A stretch of 64,000 bases of DNA, from contig JBFMAF010000020.1 of assembly GCA_040755995.1 (NCBI GenBank), forward strand, positions 64,001 through 128,000, written 5' to 3'. Positions 20,016-29,152 of the stretch are shown here, piece after piece. A program made the position numbers and the translations under genes. This DNA is from Acidobacteriota bacterium (GTDB lineage: Bacteria; Acidobacteriota; CAIWXX01). How positions within the stretch are numbered: the stretch's first letter is position 1; every line of letters begins with the position of its first letter. Below the pieces are notes generated by a model that saw nothing but the letters and a program-made list of their open reading frames with translations, did not search any database and was not told where the DNA came from.

Positions 20016-20951
20016 ATGACTGCGGTTTTGTTCGGGATCGTCTATGCGGGGGTATTGGTGTTCGTCATCGCCAGTATCGCCCGCGCATGCTACTACGCGA
20101 AACTACCGATTCATCTCCGGTGGGAGCTCTACCCGGTGCCGCACGAGGACCCGAAGCGAGTCAAGCATGGCGGCTCGTATTTCGAGGAAATTGATTGGTG
20201 GACCAAGCCGCGCAAGACCAACCTGGCCGGTGAGCTGGCCGCCATGGTGCCGGAGATGCTGTTCATGGTGGCGCTGTGGGAGCACAATCGGAAGCTCTGG
20301 ATTCGTTCATTCCCGTTCCATTTCGGGCTTTATCTCTTGATTGGGACGACCGGGCTGCTGCTCATCAGTGCGCTCCTTACGATCTTCGTGCCCGCCCTGA
20401 TGGCCGGCTCATTCGGGCTGTTCATGCACTGGGTCTACACGGTCACCGGGATTGCCGGCGTGATTCTGAGCATACTGGGTGCGGCCGGCCTTCTGGCCCG
20501 GCGGCTCACGGACAAGATGCTCAAGCCGTACACCACCGCGGGTGACATCTTCAACTTAGTGTTCTTCATCGCCACGTTCGTCGTCCTGGGCGCCGCCTAC
20601 CTGATCCATCGCCCGGACTTCGGCGGCACGCTGGCGCTGACGGTCGGCCTGCTTCGCTTCGACACCGCCATCCAGGTGCCGTTGCTGGCGAAGGCCGGCA
20701 TCGTCATGGGGGCGGTCCTGGCTGCCTACATCCCCCTCACCCACATGTCCCACTTCGTAGGGAAGTACTTCACGTACCACGCGGTACGGTGGAGCGACGA
20801 GCCGAACATGCGGGGGAGCGAGCTGGAGAAGAGGCTCGCCGAGTACCTGACCTACAGGCCGACCTGGGCCGCCTCGCACGTGACGGCCGACGGCCTGAGG
20901 ACCTGGGTCGACATCGCCACCACGAATCCAGCTCAAGGGGGGCGCAAGTGA
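20016..20951 (+). CDS. NarI-family cytochrome b membrane subunit (DsrM/HdrE-like)
   Basis: AGGAGG RBS; about 5 TM helices; LRWELYPVPHE, FPFHFG, YIPLTHMSH; GTGA overlap with the Fe-S gene. Confidence 0.85.
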   Translation: MTAVLFGIVYAGVLVFVIASIARACYYAKLPIHLRWELYPVPHEDPKRVKHGGSYFEEIDWWTKPRKTNLAGELAAMVPEMLFMVALWEHNRKLWIRSFPFHFGLYLLIGTTGLLLISALLTIFVPALMAGSFGLFMHWVYTVTGIAGVILSILGAAGLLARRLTDKMLKPYTTAGDIFNLVFFIATFVVLGAAYLIHRPDFGGTLALTVGLLRFDTAIQVPLLAKAGIVMGAVLAAYIPLTHMSHFVGKYFTYHAVRWSDEPNMRGSELEKRLAEYLTYRPTWAASHVTADGLRTWVDIATTNPAQGGRK

Positions 20952-22555
20952 AACCTGACGTCAAACTGTCCGATATGTCGCGGGAGGAGCGGACTCCCAT
21001 CATGCACCTCGAGATCGAGAACCTGATGCGGATGCCTGAGCCGCTGGAGAATCCATCGAAGGACCGCCCGCTTCCGCCGCTGCAGGAACAGGCTCGCGAA
21101 CGCTACGAGTGCCTTCTCGACGACACATCTGCACTGAACATTCCCAAGCCGAAGACGAAACAGGACGAAGACGAGCTCGTCAGGAAGTTCCTCTCCGGTC
21201 TCGAGAAGCTGTTCACCAGGGAGAACAACTGGACGTTCCTCCAGCCGCTCGTGCTGTCGATGGAGCACTGTGCGAAGTGCCAGACCTGCGCCGAGGCCTG
21301 CCATATCTGGGAGGCGAGCGGCGAGAATGAGCTGTACCGGCCGACGTACCGTTCCGAGCTCGTGCGCAGACTCTACTTCAAGCATGTGAAGAAGGGCGGC
21401 CTGCTGTCGGCATGGCAGCACGGCGACGTCAAGCTCAACTGGCCCTTCGTAGCGCGCCTCGCGGAGCTCGCCTACCGCTGCAACCTGTGCCGGCGCTGCG
21501 CGCAGACATGCCCGATCGGCGTGGACAACGGGCTGATCGCGCACGAGCTGAGGAAGCTCTTCAGCCAGGAGCTCGGGATCAACTCGAAGGAGTGCCACGA
21601 CAACGGCTCGATGCTCCAGCTCAAAGTCGGCTCCTCCACCGGCATGAACGCTCTCGTCGTCAAGGACAACATCCAGTTCATCGACGAGGACACAACCGAG
21701 AAGTCCGGCATCACGGTGGAGACGCCGTGGGACGTAGAAGGCGCCGACGTCCTCCTCATGCACAACGCGGGCGAGATCATGGCCTGGCCCGAGAATCCGG
21801 GCGCGTTCGCCGTCATCCTCAACGTGGCCGGCATCAAGTGGACCCTCTCGTCCGAGCTCGCCGCATACGACGCCATCAACTACGGCCTCTGGTACGACGA
21901 CTCGCAGTTCGCGCGCGTCGCCATCCTGCACGCCCAGGCCGCCAAGAAGCTCGGCGTGAAGAAGATCGTCATGGGCGAGTGCGGGCACGCCCACAAGGCA
22001 CTCTCCGTCATTGCCGACCGGGTGCTCACCGGCGACTTGAACATCCCGCGCGAGAGCGCCATGACGCTGCTGCGCGATATCGTCATGAACGATCGGATCA
22101 AACTGGACCCGTCACGCAACGACTTCCCAGTGACCTTGCACGACCCGTGCAACCTGGTCCGCCTCATGGGTGTCGTGGAACCTCAACGCGAGATCGTCAG
22201 GAAGATATGCCCCAAGTTCCGCGAAATGGAGCCGCACGGTGTCAACAACTACTGCTGCGGCGGGGGCAGCGGCTTCGCCATCATGAGCGGAGGCAACTTC
22301 GCCGACTGGCGGCACCATGTCTCCGGAAGGAAGAAGCTGCAGCAGATCCTGGATGCGTTCGCCGACTGCAAGGAGCCGTCGATCAACAAGTACGTCTGCG
22401 CTCCGTGCAGCAACTGCAAGGGTCAGCTCCGCGATATCCTCGCGTACTACGACATCTGGGAGAAGAACCGGATTCTGTACGGAGGACTGGTCGAGCTGAT
22501 CGTGAACGCCATGACCGACGCCAAGCCGGGATTCATCGAGTGGGAGTGGCACTGA
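20948..22555 (+). CDS. HdrD/DsrK-like Fe-S oxidoreductase with CCG domain
   Basis: GTG start at 20948; CAKCQTCAEAC and CNLCRRCAQTCP ferredoxin motifs; ECGH, HDPC, CCGGGSG, PCSNC. Confidence 0.9.
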   Translation: MKPDVKLSDMSREERTPIMHLEIENLMRMPEPLENPSKDRPLPPLQEQARERYECLLDDTSALNIPKPKTKQDEDELVRKFLSGLEKLFTRENNWTFLQPLVLSMEHCAKCQTCAEACHIWEASGENELYRPTYRSELVRRLYFKHVKKGGLLSAWQHGDVKLNWPFVARLAELAYRCNLCRRCAQTCPIGVDNGLIAHELRKLFSQELGINSKECHDNGSMLQLKVGSSTGMNALVVKDNIQFIDEDTTEKSGITVETPWDVEGADVLLMHNAGEIMAWPENPGAFAVILNVAGIKWTLSSELAAYDAINYGLWYDDSQFARVAILHAQAAKKLGVKKIVMGECGHAHKALSVIADRVLTGDLNIPRESAMTLLRDIVMNDRIKLDPSRNDFPVTLHDPCNLVRLMGVVEPQREIVRKICPKFREMEPHGVNNYCCGGGSGFAIMSGGNFADWRHHVSGRKKLQQILDAFADCKEPSINKYVCAPCSNCKGQLRDILAYYDIWEKNRILYGGLVELIVNAMTDAKPGFIEWEWH

Positions 22556-22718
22556 GCGGCCCGGGTCGCTCGAACATTCGGACTGGCGCGGCCGGAGGCC
22601 GGCTCGAGTTCCGGTTGCGCCGGACCGGTGGTATGATGACAAGAGACTGCTGTCCACAAGGCCCGGGGCGCGAGCGTCTCGCCTCGGCGCAGGAACATTG
22701 ATATTGGGGGGCACTCGA

Positions 22719-23093
22719 ATGGGAAAGAAGATACTGGTTGTCGACGATGAAATGGATGCGGTGACCTATTTCTCGACCGTCTTGAAGGACAACGGGTACG
22801 ACACCATCACGGCGGTGGACGGGCTGGAGGCTCTCAAGAAGATGCGGAGCGACAAGCCGGACCTGGTCACCCTGGACATCACCATGCCCGAGAAGTCGGG
22901 CGTGGGGGCTTACCGCGAGATGAAGAACGACCCGGATCTGAAGAAGATCCCGGTCGTCATCGTGACCGGCGTCACGCATGACTTCAAGAAGTTCATCTCC
23001 ACGCGCCACCAGGTGCCGCCGCCGGAAGGCTATCTGGAGAAGCCGGTCAAACCGGAAGATCTGGTGGCCGAGGTCAAGAAGCACATCGGATAA
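22719..23093 (+). CDS. Single-domain response regulator receiver
   Basis: ILVVDDE, LDITMP, VTG, EKPV; no output domain; extended -10-like TGGTATGAT at 22629-22637. Confidence 0.92.
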   Translation: MGKKILVVDDEMDAVTYFSTVLKDNGYDTITAVDGLEALKKMRSDKPDLVTLDITMPEKSGVGAYREMKNDPDLKKIPVVIVTGVTHDFKKFISTRHQVPPPEGYLEKPVKPEDLVAEVKKHIG

Positions 23094-23255
23094 CGAGGCG
23101 CGGCCTCGGGCAGACCAGCTCGCGACGCAGCCGTAGCCGGCCGGAGCTGCAACCGGGTGCAGGTACGGGCACTGGAACAGCTACGCGCACCCGTTGTGCG
23201 TGGCGATGAGGCAACTGCGGTACGGGCGGGGTGCTGTGGATGCGGCAAGGTGTGC

Positions 23256-23284
23256 TTGACAGCTCTGTTGGCCAGTCATATCCT
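23256..23284 (+). promoter_or_regulatory. Sigma-70 promoter
   Basis: TTGACA-N17-TATCCT upstream of 23342. Confidence 0.6.
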
Positions 23285-23341
23285 GGCGCCCATCTCCCAA
23301 ATAGGAGACGGGCGCAGAATGCCATCAGGAAGAGGTGAAAC

Positions 23342-24073
23342 ATGAGACGGTCCTTGCTCGCAATCTTGTTTGCGATGTCCTTCTCATTCGCGCTGCTGCA
23401 GGCGGATGTGACCATCAGTTACTCGATCAAGAGGTCCGTAGATGGCACACCTGCCGACGGCGGTCGCGTGATGTTCGTCAAGGGCCCCAGGCTGCGGATC
23501 GACGACACGATCGGCGGGAAGACTTCAACGCGAATCATCGACCTGCGGAGTGGCCTGGCCATCGAGCTCGACGACGAAGCCATGCGGGCGATTACGATGC
23601 GGCTCTCCAGGTGCGCCGCGGATGTGAGCGACTCCGTGCCGCCGGACAGAACGGAGGTCGAGGTCAGGCCGAGCCAGCTGCGGAGAGAGATCCGGGGGCA
23701 GTCCTGCGGCGGCTACGATCTGGTTCTCTCCCGACGGGATGCTAAGGCCAACGCGAGAGCCTGGGCCACCCGCGACGCACCGGGCGCCGCAGAGTATGTC
23801 GCCTTCTGGAAGGATGCGGCATCCGGGTGTCTGCCCATCGAGGAGTTCGACCCGGACCACCCCGCATCGGCCGAGAACATCATGATCACGGAGGCGTTCA
23901 GGAGGATCGCTGAAAACGGCGGGATGCCCTACGAGTGCGTGATGACGCTCACGGTGTCGACCGCAGGAAAGGATCTGGTCCGCGAGTACGTCTGGAGGCT
24001 GACGGATGTATCGTGTGCCCCCATAAGAGACGACGCGTTCGCCGTACCATCATCCTACGCGAGCACCAGGTAG
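23342..24073 (+). CDS. Secreted hypothetical protein (DUF4412-like)
   Basis: GAGGTG RBS; signal peptide ending LQAD; VKGPRLRID...IIDL pattern. Confidence 0.72.
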   Translation: MRRSLLAILFAMSFSFALLQADVTISYSIKRSVDGTPADGGRVMFVKGPRLRIDDTIGGKTSTRIIDLRSGLAIELDDEAMRAITMRLSRCAADVSDSVPPDRTEVEVRPSQLRREIRGQSCGGYDLVLSRRDAKANARAWATRDAPGAAEYVAFWKDAASGCLPIEEFDPDHPASAENIMITEAFRRIAENGGMPYECVMTLTVSTAGKDLVREYVWRLTDVSCAPIRDDAFAVPSSYASTR

Positions 24074-24107
24074 GCGGCCCGTGGACTGGATGATGAAAGG
24101 AGATACC

Positions 24108-25241
24108 ATGGTTTCGAAGCAGCTTCGTGCAATCACCTTGTCTATTGCGGTCCTCGGCCTTGGGATTTCACCCGCTGTCCACGCGGCGCAGGACCTGCTG
24201 GTCTCCAACTGGTTCGGAGACGCATACCGCTTCGACGGGCTCACGGGCGTCGCCAAGGGGGTGTTTGCCAGCGGAGTGAATATTGCAGAGGGGATGACTC
24301 TCGGGCCCGACGGGAACCTGTACGTCTCAGACAACCAGTTCGATCGCGTCCTGAAGTTCGATGGGAACACGGGAGCCTACATGGGCATCTTCGCCAGCGG
24401 CGGCGGACTGGACGGGCCGCACGGCCTGGTATTCGGCGCGGACGGATACCTCTACGTCTCCAGCTACTGGAGCAATCAAATACTGCGATACAACGCCTCG
24501 ACCGGCGCTTTCGCGGGCATCTTTGTAACAGGTGATGTGTTCTTTGCTCCGACGGCTCTGGCGCTGCCCGCAGGTGGAGCCCTGTATGCGTGCAACTGGT
24601 TCGGTGAAGTCCGCCGGTACGACATCACAACCGGAGCGTTGCTGGGGACGTTCGCCACGGACACGGGTGTCGTCCAGGGCGAGGTGTTCGGCCCCGATGG
24701 CAACCTCTATATCACCGACTACGCTAACGACAAGCTGTTGCGGTACGACTCGGCGGGCACCTTCCTCGGGGAAGTGGCCTCGGGGGCGCCGATGGATGGG
24801 CCGCGCGGCGTCACGTTCGGACTGGAGGGCGACTTCTACATATCGAGCTACTGGAGCCGCCAGGTACTGCATTACGACTGGGCTACCGGAGGCTTCGAGG
24901 GTTTCTTCGTTACTGGAGACACCTTCTTCGCTCCAACCTACCTCATGTTTGCCAACATCGTTGACAGCAATCCAGTGCCAAGTATCCGGCGGCTCAGGCC
25001 CGGCAGCGCGAGAGCAGGCGGTGGCGCCTTTCAGCTCATCGTCTCTGGCGCCAAGTTCGTCAGCAGCTCGAAGGTCAAGTGGAACAAGACATACCTGATA
25101 ACGACCTACGTTTCATCCGCAACTCTGCGCGCTCAAGTGCCTTCGAAGCTCATTCGCCGGCGCGGAACGGCGAACGTCACCGTCGTCAATCCGGCGCCGG
25201 GAGGGGGAACGTCTAACACGAAGACGTTCAATATAAACTAG
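24108..25241 (+). CDS. Secreted NHL/Vgb-like beta-propeller with C-terminal IPT/TIG domain
   Basis: AAGGAG RBS; signal peptide ...VHAAQ; repeated FGPDGNLYVS blades; NPVPSI...VTVVNPAPGGGTSN. Confidence 0.87.
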   Translation: MVSKQLRAITLSIAVLGLGISPAVHAAQDLLVSNWFGDAYRFDGLTGVAKGVFASGVNIAEGMTLGPDGNLYVSDNQFDRVLKFDGNTGAYMGIFASGGGLDGPHGLVFGADGYLYVSSYWSNQILRYNASTGAFAGIFVTGDVFFAPTALALPAGGALYACNWFGEVRRYDITTGALLGTFATDTGVVQGEVFGPDGNLYITDYANDKLLRYDSAGTFLGEVASGAPMDGPRGVTFGLEGDFYISSYWSRQVLHYDWATGGFEGFFVTGDTFFAPTYLMFANIVDSNPVPSIRRLRPGSARAGGGAFQLIVSGAKFVSSSKVKWNKTYLITTYVSSATLRAQVPSKLIRRRGTANVTVVNPAPGGGTSNTKTFNIN

Positions 25242-25297
25242 CGAGGCTGCGCCTCAGACCCACGAGGCATGTCGCGGCTGGAGCGGCGCAGCCTCGC
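25241..25297. terminator. 13-bp perfect inverted repeat between convergent genes
   Basis: GCGAGGCTGCGCC (25241-25253) and GGCGCAGCCTCGC (25285-25297). Confidence 0.45.
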
Positions 25298-25428
25298 GTC
25301 GAGGGTCGAAGGTCGAAAGTGAACACCGTGGGAATTGAGGGCCAATGACGCACCGCACCAAAGATTTGACTCAATCGCAACACGTTTTTCGCCTCAAGCC
25401 ATACTAGCGGGACGCGCTCGGCCGCCGC

Positions 25429-25842
25429 TCACCCTCGATCGCCGCATGAGTTGTCTCTTTCCAGCTTGCGCAGGATCGTGAGCAGCACCTGCGGGTCGAC
25501 CGGCTTGGCCAGAAGTGCGTCGGGGCCGCGGATACCGTGTTGTGAACCCAGATATGACTGGCAGTCGTCCTGCAGGATCTGGTCCAGGCCGGTGATAACC
25601 ACCATGCAGATGTCGGTCCACCGAGGATCCCGTCGCAGTGTGACGAGCAGATCGAGCCCGGACCGGCCGGGCATCAGCACGTCCAGAAGGATCGCATCGG
25701 GGCGGAAGCCGTCGAGCGCAGCGATGGCTCTGGTCGAGTCGCCGGCGCCCCGCGCCTCATACCCGTTGTCCTCGAGAAACGAGGTGAGGTAGATCACCAC
25801 GTCCGGGTCGTCGTCGACCACCAGTACTCTGTTGTTCCACAT
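25429..25842 (-). CDS. Single-domain response regulator receiver
   Basis: Start at MWNNRVLVVDDD, 4 nt after the kinase stop; LLDVLMP, ITG, AKPV. Confidence 0.9.
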   Translation of the reverse strand: MWNNRVLVVDDDPDVVIYLTSFLEDNGYEARGAGDSTRAIAALDGFRPDAILLDVLMPGRSGLDLLVTLRRDPRWTDICMVVITGLDQILQDDCQSYLGSQHGIRGPDALLAKPVDPQVLLTILRKLERDNSCGDRG

Positions 25843-25846
25843 GGAC

Positions 25847-27304
25847 CTAGTTGGCTCCGGCCGTCTGCGGTGGGACGCTCCTGTTGTTCGCGTGCGTGCT
25901 GGGGCGGGGTTCCAGCGGCAGCCGTACGACGAACCGGCTGCCGCGGCCGGGTTCCGAGTCGACGTCGATACCGCCGCCGTGCTTGTCCGCGATCTTGTTG
26001 GCAATGAAGAGGCCCAGGCCGGTGCCGCTGATCCCCTTGGATGAGAAGAACAGCGAGAAGATCTTCTCGCGGGTCTCCCGGTCCATTCCGATGCCGTTGT
26101 CTTCCACTTCGAAGAACATCCACGGAGCGAGACGGCGCACCGCGAATGATACGCGGTGCGATGTTTTCGACGTGTCCGCGCGGCAGGCGTCGAGCGAGTT
26201 CTCGAGGATATTCACGAGCATCGCGCGAACGGCCTTGGCGTCCCCAGGGACGCACCCGGCACCCGGCTCGACGGTCAAAGAGAGCGCGACATCGAGCTCC
26301 GTAGCCCGCTGCTGCAGCGACTCGACCATGTCCTCGGCTAGCTTCTGCACCTCGACGTCGTTCACCTGGAGCTCCCGGTCCTTTGCGTAGTAGAGGATGT
26401 CGAGCACCATGCTGCGGATGCGTTCCACGTTGCGCTGCACCATTCCCCAGCCCTGCTTGACGCGGTCGGGGCGGTTCTTCTCGAACCCGGAGTTCACCAT
26501 GTAGAGCCCGCCGTCGAGCCCCGTGAGCAGCCCCTTGATGCCGTGGGAGATGGAGCCTACCAGGAGGCCGATCGATGTGAGCTGCGATTGCAGCTCGCGG
26601 AGCTGGGTGATGTCGGTCGACATCTCGATGATCGACTCGACCTCGCCGGCCGAGTTGCGAAGCGGCGCCGCAACGCAGAGCACGTGCATCCTCTTCCCCG
26701 CGGCCGACACCACGACCTCCTCGTGCTCCATCGTGACCCCCTCGTCGAAGGTCCGCTGCGAGGTGCACACCAGGCACTGCTCGTCGCGGTGCTTGTAGAC
26801 CTGCCAGCAGTACTGGCCTACCCCGTGCCCGAAGGTCTCCCGGAACTTGCGATTTGCGTGCTGGATGACGCGATCCCGCCCCTGCACCGAGATGAAGCAA
26901 GGCACCTCCTCGAACATCTGCGCAAGGCGGGCCTGCACTTTCTCGAGCTGCTTCTCGAGACGCTTGATTACTCGGAGATCCGTGTGCATCTCCATCACGG
27001 CCTCGATCTCGCCTGCATCGTTGCAGATCGGCGCGGTCCGGACTCGCACCGGGATCGACACGCCGCCGAGAGTGGTCAGCGTCTGCTCGCTGACCTGCGG
27101 GGTGCCGCCGACGAAGGTCTGCTCGACCGGGCAGTCAGGGCACTTCTCGGCTCGTCCCTTGTAAACGCGGTAGCAGTACTCCCCGATTCTGTCTCCGAAA
27201 TCCTTGCGGAACAGCCGGTTGCCTTCCACGATCCGGTACTCCCGGTCGTGAACCGAGAGGTAGCAGGGCATATGCTCGAAGTACTGCTGGAATCGTTCCG
27301 TCAT
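25847..27304 (-). CDS. Cytoplasmic tandem-PAS sensor histidine kinase
   Basis: Two PAS repeats each with C-x10-C-x2-C; H-box ISHGIK, NILENS, DNGIG, GTGLGL; no TM helix. Confidence 0.93.
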   Translation of the reverse strand: MTERFQQYFEHMPCYLSVHDREYRIVEGNRLFRKDFGDRIGEYCYRVYKGRAEKCPDCPVEQTFVGGTPQVSEQTLTTLGGVSIPVRVRTAPICNDAGEIEAVMEMHTDLRVIKRLEKQLEKVQARLAQMFEEVPCFISVQGRDRVIQHANRKFRETFGHGVGQYCWQVYKHRDEQCLVCTSQRTFDEGVTMEHEEVVVSAAGKRMHVLCVAAPLRNSAGEVESIIEMSTDITQLRELQSQLTSIGLLVGSISHGIKGLLTGLDGGLYMVNSGFEKNRPDRVKQGWGMVQRNVERIRSMVLDILYYAKDRELQVNDVEVQKLAEDMVESLQQRATELDVALSLTVEPGAGCVPGDAKAVRAMLVNILENSLDACRADTSKTSHRVSFAVRRLAPWMFFEVEDNGIGMDRETREKIFSLFFSSKGISGTGLGLFIANKIADKHGGGIDVDSEPGRGSRFVVRLPLEPRPSTHANNRSVPPQTAGAN

Positions 27305-27370
27305 GACAGCCTCTCCTCAGGCGCGGGCAGAGCGCCCTGGCGGGCCTCTTCGGTCCGAGGCCGCGGCCCG

Positions 27371-29146
27371 CTAGGCGCTCGGCTTGTGATGGTCGCGGAG
27401 CTCGAGAATACGCCGCAGGTTGTCGACGAGCTCATGTTCCTTCACCGGCTTGTCCATGTATCCGTCTGGAACGGGCACGGCCCGCTGGTAGATGACCTCG
27501 CGGAACTCCGGATGGCCCGTGACCACGCACACGGGAGTACGGGCCAGGCTCGGATCCCCGCGCAGCTCGGCGAATGTCTCGATCCCGTCCTTGCCCTCCA
27601 TCGACAGGTCGAGGGTGATGAGATCCGGCTTGACCTGGCGAGCCATCGCGAGAGCGGCGTTGCCGTCGGCCGCCTCGAAGACCTCCGCACCGGCATCCTC
27701 CAGCACGGTCCTGATGAACACCCGTATGTCGGGCTCGTCGTCCACGACGAGGATGCGACGGTTGTGCAATGGGAGAGCAGGTTTGGGCATTTCGACCACC
27801 GCCTTTGGTTTCTTCATTACGGCGCACTCTTCGATGAGCAGCGCGCCCGCTACCAGGTCGACGAGCTGTTGCACCTCGCACCCCAGTTTGTAATGCTTGA
27901 TGAGATCCGAGAGCCCGTCCACACAATTGTGACACGATGTTACCACTACTTGCGCACCCGTGGCCTTTATCTGTTCCGCCTTCACCTTTGCCGACTTGAG
28001 GCGGCGCGGCGTGTATTCGGACATCGACATGGCGCCGCCGCCGCCCGTGCAGCAGAAATTCTCGGCGCGATTGGGAATCATCTCGACGAAATCGGTGGTC
28101 ACGAGGCGGAGCAGCTCGCGCGGCTCCTCGGTGACCCCGCACGAGCGGGCCAGGTTGCAGGAGTCATGGTAGGTCACTCGCTTGCCGAGCCGTGTGGGAT
28201 CGACCTTGATGCGGCCCTCCTTGATGTACCTGAGCATCGTGAACACCGAGCTCTCCATGTCGAAGTCCTGGTCGATGCCGGCCCAGTTCGGCCCTTCGCA
28301 GCGCGTCGACCTGTAGCCATGGCCGCACTCGGAGATCACGATCCGCTTCGCCTTCAGCTCCGCCATCTTCTCATACACGCGGCGAGCCGCGGTGCCGCCC
28401 AGCTGGTCATCTCCTGAGAAGAGGCCGAAGTTGGTCTGGTCCCAGCCCTCCGATGGCATCGTCCAGCTCTCTCCGGCCGCCCAGAAGATCTTGGCGGCTG
28501 CCGCTATCGTGCGTGGATCGTACTTCGCTTCCCGTGGGTTGATGGTGTACATCACCTCGACATTCGGCTTGTCGATGGGTATGCGGGCCGTCTCATCCTC
28601 CACCTCACTGACCAGCTCATCCGACATCCACTCGAGGGTCTCCAGGTAATCTTCCCTCAGCACCCCCATCTGGTTGCCGATCTCCCACTGGTCTTTCGAG
28701 ACCACCCGCACACCCTCGGGCATCACGCCGACCGCCGTCAACAGGCCTCGCATCACACGGTTCACGACCGCTGTGTCCACACCCATCGGACAGTTGATGG
28801 TGCAGCGGCGGCAGTTGGTGCACGTGCCGAACGCAATGTCCTTCAGACGATCGAGATCGGCGTCCGTGAGCGGCTCCTTCGCACCGACCCACCAAGGGAA
28901 GACGCGGCCCGTCCAGTCGTAGTTGTACTTGAAGAGCTTGCGGAGCTGGTCGGCTTTGAAGGAGGGTGTCATCTTGGGATCGTCCGGGTGCGTCAACACA
29001 TAGTGGCATGCCTCATTGCACATGCCACAGTGAACGCATGCAACGAGCGACCCCACCAGGGGGCGAGTCAGCTTCTTCGCGAGAATCTCGCGCATCACCT
29101 GGATCTTGTATGTGCTATCCGAATTCCGTCTCGTATTGGTGTCCAT
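27371..29146 (-). CDS. HdrD/TmcB/HmcF-like Fe-S oxidoreductase fused to a C-terminal receiver domain
   Basis: CVHCGMCNEAC, CTNCRRCTINCP, ECGH, HDSC, CCTGGGG, SCHNC, then in frame RILVVDDE...LDLSM...VTG...DKPV. Confidence 0.92.
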   Translation of the reverse strand: MDTNTRRNSDSTYKIQVMREILAKKLTRPLVGSLVACVHCGMCNEACHYVLTHPDDPKMTPSFKADQLRKLFKYNYDWTGRVFPWWVGAKEPLTDADLDRLKDIAFGTCTNCRRCTINCPMGVDTAVVNRVMRGLLTAVGVMPEGVRVVSKDQWEIGNQMGVLREDYLETLEWMSDELVSEVEDETARIPIDKPNVEVMYTINPREAKYDPRTIAAAAKIFWAAGESWTMPSEGWDQTNFGLFSGDDQLGGTAARRVYEKMAELKAKRIVISECGHGYRSTRCEGPNWAGIDQDFDMESSVFTMLRYIKEGRIKVDPTRLGKRVTYHDSCNLARSCGVTEEPRELLRLVTTDFVEMIPNRAENFCCTGGGGAMSMSEYTPRRLKSAKVKAEQIKATGAQVVVTSCHNCVDGLSDLIKHYKLGCEVQQLVDLVAGALLIEECAVMKKPKAVVEMPKPALPLHNRRILVVDDEPDIRVFIRTVLEDAGAEVFEAADGNAALAMARQVKPDLITLDLSMEGKDGIETFAELRGDPSLARTPVCVVTGHPEFREVIYQRAVPVPDGYMDKPVKEHELVDNLRRILELRDHHKPSA

Positions 29147-29152
29147 AAATCC

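Noticed and set aside
20016..22555. Calling the organism a sulfate reducer or naming these genes dsrMK
   Set aside because: No dsrAB, dsrC or dsrJOP in the window, and HdrD/NarI-like pairs occur in many anaerobes
26543..28417. Long antisense ORFs (624 aa here; also 41591-43171, 55835-57466, 58226-59908, 36990-38369)
   Set aside because: Shadow frames of well-supported genes in high-GC DNA, with no motifs
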